Below, in pieces: positions 57,211 through 64,000 of a stretch of 64,000 nt of DNA (positions within the stretch are counted from its first letter, which is position 1; every line of letters starts with the position of its first letter). The position numbers and the translations under genes are program-made. This DNA comes from Nitrospirota bacterium (lineage in GTDB: Bacteria > Nitrospirota > Thermodesulfovibrionia > Thermodesulfovibrionales > Dissulfurispiraceae). A model generated the notes under the pieces. The model was given only the letters and a program-made list of their open reading frames with translations, had not been told where the DNA came from and made no database searches. The stretch is from NCBI GenBank assembly GCA_040758355.1, contig JBFLWF010000005.1, positions 54,907 to 118,906 on the forward strand. Reading direction: 5' to 3'.

Positions 57211-58242
57211 TCACACCATCTTTTCTAATTTTCCGATTCTTATCCCTATAAGCCTCACTTTTTTCTTGAGTTCTATCCTGCCGAGGCACTCAAAGGCTGC
57301 CTTTCTTATCTCTTCGAGGGAAATTGTGTAATTATCGAGTGTCTTTGCCCTTGTGACTAGTTTAAAGTCGTGAAACTTTACCTTAACCGTTACTGTTTTG
57401 CCTATATAGCCTGTCTGCCGCATGTCATCGACAACCTCTTTTGAAAGCTCTGCAAGGGTCTTTGCCATAAACTGCCAGTTGTCCGTATCCTTCTGGAATG
57501 TTACTTCCCTGCTTGTGGATTTCGGTTCCCAGTGAGTAATCAATGGACTTTCATCTATGCCTCTCGAAGCCTCATAAAGATAATGTCCAAATGATTTGCC
57601 AAAATGTTCAATGAGTTTATCAATAGACATTGATGCAAGTTCCCCTATGGTTTCGATGCCCATGCCTTTAAGATGTGTATCTGTCTTAGGCCCTACACCC
57701 TGCAGCTTTCTTACAGGCAGCGGCCATATAAGACTTGCTATGTCTTTTTCTGTGAGGATTGTCAGACCGTCGGGTTTTTGCATGTCAGATGCTATTTTTG
57801 CAAGGAGCTTGTTGGGTGCAATACCTATAGAGCAGGTAAGCCCTGTCTCTTCCTTTATTCTCTTTTTAATTTCATTTGCAATATCCTCCGATGACTTTTC
57901 TATTTGGGATATATCGAGGAATGCCTCGTCGATCCCGACATCTTCCATTATTGGAGATATTTCCTTAAGGATATTTTTAACTATCTTGGAAACCATCGAA
58001 TACTCCCTGTAGTCCACAGGCAGGAAAACAGCATCGGGACAGAGTTTATAGGCAGTCCTTAAGGGCATTGCAGAGTGTATCCCGAACTTCCGTGCCTCAT
58101 AGGATGCCGTTGATACAACACCCCGCTTGGTTGGATCGCCGTCACCTCCAATCACAACAGGCTTTCCGATTAATTCGGGATGCCGCTTCTGCTCGACAGC
58201 GGCAAAGAATGCGTCCATGTCTATGTGCAAGATTCGCCTCAT
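57211..58242 (-). CDS. dinB: DNA polymerase IV
   Basis: HIDMDAFFAAVE, STASYEAR, GIDEAFLD, AKIASDMQKPDG. Confidence 0.96.
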   Translation of the reverse strand: MRRILHIDMDAFFAAVEQKRHPELIGKPVVIGGDGDPTKRGVVSTASYEARKFGIHSAMPLRTAYKLCPDAVFLPVDYREYSMVSKIVKNILKEISPIMEDVGIDEAFLDISQIEKSSEDIANEIKKRIKEETGLTCSIGIAPNKLLAKIASDMQKPDGLTILTEKDIASLIWPLPVRKLQGVGPKTDTHLKGMGIETIGELASMSIDKLIEHFGKSFGHYLYEASRGIDESPLITHWEPKSTSREVTFQKDTDNWQFMAKTLAELSKEVVDDMRQTGYIGKTVTVKVKFHDFKLVTRAKTLDNYTISLEEIRKAAFECLGRIELKKKVRLIGIRIGKLEKMV

Positions 58243-58320
58243 GAGTCAAATTTTAGTATACAGCAAAATATAATGGATAGTAGGATATAATTGTATAAAG
58301 CTGGGAAAAAGAGGTGGCCG

Positions 58321-58938
58321 ATGCCTTTACCTTCTAAAGAGAGATTCAGATGCGAAATCCTTTCATGGAACAGGGTTATACGGGATACAAAAAAACTTTC
58401 AAAAAACATAAAAGATTCGGGTTATAAGCCGGATATCGTAGTTGCAATCGGCAGGGGCGGCTACGTCCCTGCAAGGATACTCTGCGACTACCTGCTGATG
58501 AGAGACCTTACTTCAATAAAGGTGGAACACTGGGGAATCGCTGCAACAGAGACAGAAAGAGCGGTCATCAAATTTCCTCTTTGTACGGATATAAAAGGTA
58601 AAAAGGTTTTGCTTGTGGATGATATAACCGATACAGGAGATACGCTGAGGGTTTCTCTGGAATATCTGAAAACTTTTGAACCCAAAGATATCAAGACTGC
58701 GGTGCTTATACATAAGACCTGTTCTGTAATCATACCGGATCACTTTGTCAGCAAGGTTACAAAATGGCGGTGGATCATCTTTCCATGGCACATCTATGAA
58801 GACCTTGCCGGCTTTGTCAAAAGGATAAAGGATATGGGCATACATAGCGAAGAGGACATAGTTCGTGAACTCAGAGAGCGATACAATATCGTGGTGAATA
58901 CAGATGCTATCAAAGATGTGCTATTAGAACCGGAGTAA
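58321..58938 (+). CDS. Type I phosphoribosyltransferase (purine PRT-like)
   Basis: AIGRGG, VLLVDDITDTGDTL PRPP loop, WIIFPW; ATG 58321 after GAGGTG. Confidence 0.88.
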   Translation: MPLPSKERFRCEILSWNRVIRDTKKLSKNIKDSGYKPDIVVAIGRGGYVPARILCDYLLMRDLTSIKVEHWGIAATETERAVIKFPLCTDIKGKKVLLVDDITDTGDTLRVSLEYLKTFEPKDIKTAVLIHKTCSVIIPDHFVSKVTKWRWIIFPWHIYEDLAGFVKRIKDMGIHSEEDIVRELRERYNIVVNTDAIKDVLLEPE

Positions 58939-58942
58939 TGAA

Positions 58943-59017
<75 letters not shown>

Positions 59018-59069
59018 AAACAGAAAGCAAAAATATGTTACTACATAGAAAATATTTTGTGCAACCAAG

Positions 59070-59154
59070 TATAACCTAAGTTAAGCGATTTTATATGTCT
59101 TTTCGCCGCACCTGACATATATTTTTAAACTTAGAAGTGCTCAATTTAGGTATA
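59070..59154 (-). mobile_element. Internally deleted (85 bp) copy of the ERIC-like element, inverted orientation
   Basis: Reverse complement: TATACCTAAATTGAGC..ATATATGTCAGGTGCGGCGAAAAGAC|ATATAAAATCGCTTAACTTAGGTTATA. Confidence 0.75.
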
Positions 59155-59164
59155 ATTCTTAATT

Positions 59165-59920
59165 ATGTGGAACATACGGATGAGGGCATCGAAAACAGTC
59201 GGCAGCCAAAAAGAAATTCATATCTCTGGTGCTGAAGGCATATATGAAGATTCTGAAATTTCAAAAATTGTTAAAAAATACGCTGAAAGGGCATTAAACC
59301 ATCCAAGGGGCAAGCCTGATAACATTGTAATCACAATCGAAGAGATAAAACAGAAACCGAAGAAGGTCCAACTGCTTCCTGTAACTACTCTTAGATGCAA
59401 ATCTCCGGATGAAGCTAAAAAAACAATATTTCAAACACTATCGGGCATCGGCGTTCCAACAAAGGCTATCAAGAACTCGTTTAAAGTTCTAACCTCACAA
59501 AAGATCATGCGTGGAGCTGCTCTAATCTTAGAAAAATCTGCTATCCGCATGGAGCCTGACAGAGAGCGAGGAGTAAGGGTATCGAGACTCGGAATAGAAA
59601 AAGCTGCAGAAAAGGTATTGGTCAAGAAACTTTCAAAAATGAGGGTCGATACTACAACAGTCAAAGAGGCACTAATCCTTGCTTCAAAGGTAGCATCGCA
59701 TCCGGATGTAACAGCAGAAATTTGCATATCCGATGACCCCGATTACACAACGGGTTATATTGCATCGAAACAGTTCGGATATTTGAGGATACCTAATATT
59801 AGAAGGCATGGAGAGAAACACGGCGGGAGGGTATTCATTATCAAGGAAGATGCTGATATTGGCAAGCTCATTAAATACCTTGAAAAAACACCGGTAATCG
59901 TATCAGGAGTAAGATTTTGA
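59165..59920 (+). CDS. bioW: 6-carboxyhexanoate--CoA ligase (pimeloyl-CoA synthetase)
   Basis: IRMRAS, HISGAEG, RALNHPRGKPD, RGVRVS, EALILASKV, ISDDPDYTTGY. Confidence 0.92.
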   Translation: MWNIRMRASKTVGSQKEIHISGAEGIYEDSEISKIVKKYAERALNHPRGKPDNIVITIEEIKQKPKKVQLLPVTTLRCKSPDEAKKTIFQTLSGIGVPTKAIKNSFKVLTSQKIMRGAALILEKSAIRMEPDRERGVRVSRLGIEKAAEKVLVKKLSKMRVDTTTVKEALILASKVASHPDVTAEICISDDPDYTTGYIASKQFGYLRIPNIRRHGEKHGGRVFIIKEDADIGKLIKYLEKTPVIVSGVRF

Positions 59921-60813
59921 CTAAAAACATAATCCTCATAGGCAATCCCATTGCAGGCGGAGGCGCTTTAAAGAAAATTAAACGGGCAGTAAACATTCTT
60001 GAAAACAGGGGGTTCGATGTCCGCTTAATGCTCACTGCTCAGAAAGGAGACGCGGAATTATTTGCGAGACAGATCAGTCAGGAGTCCGAAATCAGAAGTC
60101 AGGAGTGTTTAGTGATTGCAGCAGGCGGTGATGGAACGTATAATGAAGTGGCAAATGGATTGGTGCATTCAAACATCCCCATGGCAATACTTCCATTAGG
60201 CACAACATGTGTTCTTGCAAAAGAGTTAAATGTGCCTGAAGACCCAGAAAGGGCTCTGGATATTGCGATGACTGGGAAAGCACAGGCAATCCATCTCGGC
60301 AGGATTACTACGGCATCATTGACTCGCCACTTCCTTTTAATGGCCGGCATCGGCTTTGACGGAGAAACCGTTTGCGGCGTGAATCCATGGATTAAAAAGA
60401 TTACAGGCAAAGGCGCTTATATATTGAGCGGAATTAAAACAATCCTCAGATACAATCCATCCCAAATTACCCTGAAATACGACTCTGAACAACGATCAGG
60501 ATATAACGCCATCATAGGCAAGGCTTCATGTTATGGCGGAGACTTTAAGATAACGCCGGATGCTAAGCTCACAGAGCCATCCTTTTATGTGTTCTTAATG
60601 CACCAAAAAGGCAGACTCAACCTCATCCGCTACATATCAGGGATAATAAAGGGAGGCCATCTCAAACTTAAGGATATAAGTTATTTCAGGGCTTCAGAGA
60701 TAGAGATACAAGGCAATGCACACATCCAGATCGATGGAGACTATTTAGGCACCACACCTGCAAAAATAGATGTGGCGCCTGATGCATTGAGACTGGTAAC
60801 CAGCACATTGTAA
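59917..60813 (+). CDS. Diacylglycerol kinase-family lipid kinase (YegS/DgkB-like)
   Basis: NPIAG, GGDGTYNEV, PLGT, GIGFDG, QIDGD. Confidence 0.92.
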   Translation: MTKNIILIGNPIAGGGALKKIKRAVNILENRGFDVRLMLTAQKGDAELFARQISQESEIRSQECLVIAAGGDGTYNEVANGLVHSNIPMAILPLGTTCVLAKELNVPEDPERALDIAMTGKAQAIHLGRITTASLTRHFLLMAGIGFDGETVCGVNPWIKKITGKGAYILSGIKTILRYNPSQITLKYDSEQRSGYNAIIGKASCYGGDFKITPDAKLTEPSFYVFLMHQKGRLNLIRYISGIIKGGHLKLKDISYFRASEIEIQGNAHIQIDGDYLGTTPAKIDVAPDALRLVTSTL

Positions 60814-60814
60814 T

Positions 60815-61834
60815 TTACACTATTTGCCGTTTTCTTTTAAAAAGTGCGGAGAACATATTGATCGCATAAGGCATAAGGCTGGCAACATTACCTATAATCC
60901 ACGACCATGCTATAAGCGTCAAAAAAGATCCTTCTAGGTAAATAACACTGTCGGCGATGCTTCTGATATAATTGTGTTTGCCGATAATATCTCCGCCTTT
61001 TTCCGCCACATATGGCGCTATTACCAAATAAATAGCGATAAAGGCATTTAAGGCGCTACCCTGGATATTCCTCTCCCACTGGCCGAAGACCATAAACGGT
61101 CTCCCTATAAAATAAAGAGCACCAGCAGCTATACAGACAGCGACTGTGATACTTATAACAATATCGCCAAGGAATACAAGCTTTGGCAATGTTTTAAAAA
61201 ATTCCACCATTGATTTGTAATTCTCGGCTGCCTGATTATCTGGCAGTCCGTTTACCTGCCCCTGCGATACGGCCATGCCAATTAAAAAGAGTGCGATAGG
61301 CATCAATGCAACTGTAATTCGGGGTTTTAGATATTTTATAGCCCATGTAAAGAAGATGATTGTAAGCATAATAGACGCGCTTACATAATAAGCACTTTTA
61401 GGTTCGCCTATCAAAAGAATTTTAATAGTATGAAGCGTTAACCCTGCACAGAAAGCCTGTACGAATACAAGCGCTCTGTAAAACCAGAGAGAATGCTTAT
61501 TAAAGCCGCCTTTGCCGCTATTATACTCCAGTAAACCCCACCCGAAGAAAATGTAGGCCGTGATTCTGTTGTAGGCTGCCGCCATTGCCGCCATAAATCC
61601 ATATAGTCCGACCGAGAAGTACAACAGAAAAGCACCTGGGAGTATCTTAATCTCAGAACCAAGTAGTTTTTCTTCCGGGATTCTTGTTAATGGGGTCCCA
61701 TAGGTTGTCGTAAATGCCCCTAAGGCCGTTCTCCAGCCAAAATAATACAGAGCAACAATTGCTGCTAATACCGTAATGTCTATAGCTATTCCTTTTTTGT
61801 TTATCTGCCGTAATCGTAATTTTAGTGCGTTCAC
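60815..61834 (-). CDS. Hypothetical multi-pass membrane protein (~8-9 TM)
   Basis: 339-aa ORF, GTG start after AGGAGG, many hydrophobic segments; no family recognised. Confidence 0.75.
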   Translation of the reverse strand: MNALKLRLRQINKKGIAIDITVLAAIVALYYFGWRTALGAFTTTYGTPLTRIPEEKLLGSEIKILPGAFLLYFSVGLYGFMAAMAAAYNRITAYIFFGWGLLEYNSGKGGFNKHSLWFYRALVFVQAFCAGLTLHTIKILLIGEPKSAYYVSASIMLTIIFFTWAIKYLKPRITVALMPIALFLIGMAVSQGQVNGLPDNQAAENYKSMVEFFKTLPKLVFLGDIVISITVAVCIAAGALYFIGRPFMVFGQWERNIQGSALNAFIAIYLVIAPYVAEKGGDIIGKHNYIRSIADSVIYLEGSFLTLIAWSWIIGNVASLMPYAINMFSALFKRKRQIV

Positions 61835-61982
61835 TTTTTTCTCCTCCTTTTTAAGGACTCCTTACTTATATACATATGAAATTTTCAGAAAAAGTCAAGG
61901 GCAACCCTCAATTTTTTTTTTAAAAAGTCCCCACAGTAATATTTATAAAGAATATTTTTCCGCTCTTAGAAAGGAGTCAACT

Positions 61983-63650
61983 ATGCTTAAAAAACAACAT
62001 AAGTCATTGTTCTACAAATCCATCAGTACGCTCCTCACAGCCCTGATAATCTGGACGTACATGATTTTCGCCCCTCATCAGGAAGTCAAGGAACTGGAGC
62101 ACTTCTTGGGCCCATCAAGGGCATATGCAGCATCTGTAGGCACATTTGAGCTTGCAGACCCTAATGCGCCTTCCCCTCCGCTGCCTGTTGACCTGACAGA
62201 GCCTGATGACACCATCAAATTCTCATGGGCAAGGATAGCAGGCAGGGAAGATGCCGTCTATCTGAATATACCCAGCAACCAGATTTCGGATAAAGTATAT
62301 CTCCCTCAGGAGCCATCGCTGATGGTCCTCGGCAAATATGACCCTTCAACAGCAACAGGCACAATGGCGCTTATGAGGATGCGCCAGGTAGGACCTAATA
62401 TACAGGCAGAGATACTCAGGATTACGCCCAAGAACTTTCAGCACTATTTCGGGCCTCATCTTTATCAGTTTGCCTTTTTAAACTGGAACGGCAATTCCGG
62501 TTGCGATTACGGAGAAAAACATCTGCACGATTTAGATCCGCCCAATGTTAACAACGAGGATATTATGAGGGGGTATAACAAATACGACCTCGAATACAAT
62601 ATCCAGTATGATGTCCCTACAACGTTAGAACCAACGCCTGTGTTTAAATTCCGTTACGCATCGCAGCAGCATAAAATCAACAGGTCTAACTTCTACTGGC
62701 ATCAGAGGCTTAACGATGACCCTTGCTGGACACATGTGGCGTTAAGGGATTTCGATAAGAACAACGATATGTTTAACGACATCTCCCATTATGCCTTTTT
62801 AAAGCTCATAACCATTGCCCAGCACATCCACAAAGCGCCTGTGGGTTTCCTTGCCACTCCGAAGACAAGGCAGACAGTTGACACATCCACAAAAAAAAGC
62901 GCATTCAAGAAGAAGGTAACAACTACTGTCCGTTACTGGCTCAGTCCTGAGTGGACTGTTTCAACTCCAAAGGCATTTCCAAATATGTATTCGGATTACG
63001 AAATCAACGCCACATGGGATACGAGAGGCACTTATGCCTTTGTGAAGGTGCAGGGAGACCATACATTCCCCGTGGATGAGACTTTGATATACGAATGGAG
63101 TGAATCCAAATCAGGCTGGACAGGTTTTTTTGTGCTACTGGCGATTACGTTTATTGGTGTGGCGTTGGGGGGAATAGCATTTGCTGGAAGTCTTTATGGT
63201 ATTTTGGTCGGTGCAGCTGTCGGTGCCATCGGCGGTCTTGTAGCCTCCGGCTTCAGTCCAACGACAAGCACAACAGCACAGTTAACACCATTTAGCTACT
63301 CAGCCTATCAGCTTGACCCTTCTGCATCGATGTCTGGCGATGCAAAGGCTATAGCTGATAGAACACGAAGTAACTGGATAATGCCTGATTCTCAGAATAC
63401 GCCAGGCGGTGTTCAGAAATTCATTATGAAGCTGGATATGAGGAAGATATTGAAGGCAGGCAGTGTTACGGCTACGGATAATGTTTCCGACGACACCAGT
63501 TCTGCAGTAGAGGTTGTTAAAGGAGATGATCCAAGGTTTAAGACAATCTTTGATGAGATGTTCTATAAACCACAGAAAATGCTGCAGAAGTATAAATATC
63601 CGTATGATACTAACCCAGGCAGTGTGAGTGTGCCAGCGCCGGTGCAGTAG
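61983..63650 (+). CDS. Hypothetical exported protein with an internal Gly-rich hydrophobic hairpin
   Basis: ATG 61983 after AAGGAG; N-terminal hydrophobic segment and AYA site; 555 aa. Confidence 0.8.
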   Translation: MLKKQHKSLFYKSISTLLTALIIWTYMIFAPHQEVKELEHFLGPSRAYAASVGTFELADPNAPSPPLPVDLTEPDDTIKFSWARIAGREDAVYLNIPSNQISDKVYLPQEPSLMVLGKYDPSTATGTMALMRMRQVGPNIQAEILRITPKNFQHYFGPHLYQFAFLNWNGNSGCDYGEKHLHDLDPPNVNNEDIMRGYNKYDLEYNIQYDVPTTLEPTPVFKFRYASQQHKINRSNFYWHQRLNDDPCWTHVALRDFDKNNDMFNDISHYAFLKLITIAQHIHKAPVGFLATPKTRQTVDTSTKKSAFKKKVTTTVRYWLSPEWTVSTPKAFPNMYSDYEINATWDTRGTYAFVKVQGDHTFPVDETLIYEWSESKSGWTGFFVLLAITFIGVALGGIAFAGSLYGILVGAAVGAIGGLVASGFSPTTSTTAQLTPFSYSAYQLDPSASMSGDAKAIADRTRSNWIMPDSQNTPGGVQKFIMKLDMRKILKAGSVTATDNVSDDTSSAVEVVKGDDPRFKTIFDEMFYKPQKMLQKYKYPYDTNPGSVSVPAPVQ

Positions 63651-63659
63651 ATTTAGGTT

Positions 63660-63700
63660 ATAAAGAAGGCTTGAGTTAGTCTCCAGCCTTCTTTATTTCT
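63660..63700. terminator. Probable bidirectional intrinsic terminator
   Basis: ATAAAGAAGGCT...AGCCTTCTTTAT followed by T-rich sequence, between convergent ORFs. Confidence 0.65.
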
Positions 63701-63876
63701 TTGTCATAAATTTCTAAAACATTGTTTTTCCGCCTCGCAGTTACTCTTACCTCTTTGGGAAGGTTCGATACGGTAATTTTCCCGTTGGAGATAAAAATAT
63801 TGTCCTTTAATACATCGGCTATGAGCTTTGTCGTTACCGTTAACATATCAGAGAAGTTATGATCAGTTAAAGGAAG
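63676..63876 (-). pseudogene. Possible 3' remnant of a gene interrupted by the IS
   Basis: Frame is open from the IS boundary (LPLTDHNFSDMLTVTTK...IKKAGD*) to the stop at 63676. Confidence 0.35.
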
Positions 63877-64000
63877 TGAGGTAGGATAAGAAAAGTGGAC
63901 ACCAAAAGTTGAGGTAAAATAAGTTAACGGAGGTGTTCAGATGGAAAGGTTACCGTATGGAAGGTACACGAAGGAATTTCGGCAGGAGGCAGTAAAACTT
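63877..64000 (+). mobile_element. Left end of an IS3-family insertion sequence (IRL plus start of OrfA at 63941)
   Basis: TGAGGTAG..GTGGACACC terminus; GGAGGTG then MERLPYGRYTKEFRQEAVKL, a typical IS3 OrfA HTH start. Confidence 0.8.

Noticed and set aside
58243..58290. LexA/SOS box upstream of dinB
   Set aside because: No palindrome matching a LexA motif that I can support.

Overview
About 57 kb of this window (703-57113, all on the minus strand) is a flagellar and chemotaxis supercluster from a moderately AT-rich bacterium. Gene style suggests Nitrospirota (Thermodesulfovibrionia-like) or a deltaproteobacterial-type lineage, which is inference only. In transcription order: a sigma54 activator with no N-terminal domain, a TPR protein, an FlrB/FlrC-like pair, flgBC-fliEFGHIJ-motE-like-fliK-flgD-flgE-flgE-fliLMN-fliO/P fusion-fliQR-flhBAFG-fliA, a HEAT-repeat protein, cheR-cheY-cheY-cheA, a CheW-CheZ fusion, a signalling block (orphan solute-binding protein, MCP, cheB, CZB-MCP, HD-GYP, membrane protein, kinase, receiver, HDOD), then flgFGAHIJMNKL-csrA-fliW. 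The left flank has greA and a partial pyrK-like gene. The right flank has dinB, a phosphoribosyltransferase, tRNA-Gly(CCC), bioW, a DAGK-family kinase, two divergent unknown genes and the left end of an IS3-family element. No flagellin, fliD/fliS or motAB is visible. The least-explained signals are non-coding: (1) an ERIC-like ~220-bp palindromic element, with two long copies bracketing fliA (compensatory base changes between them), an internally deleted copy before bioW and a fragment forming the N-terminus of the TPR gene; (2) many degenerate 7-9-nt tandem arrays, often as inverted pairs, that fill intergenic gaps and encode parts of the signal peptides of several flagellar proteins; (3) readable sigma54, sigma28 and activator-box motifs. 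All protein calls rest on motif recognition; no database search was run.
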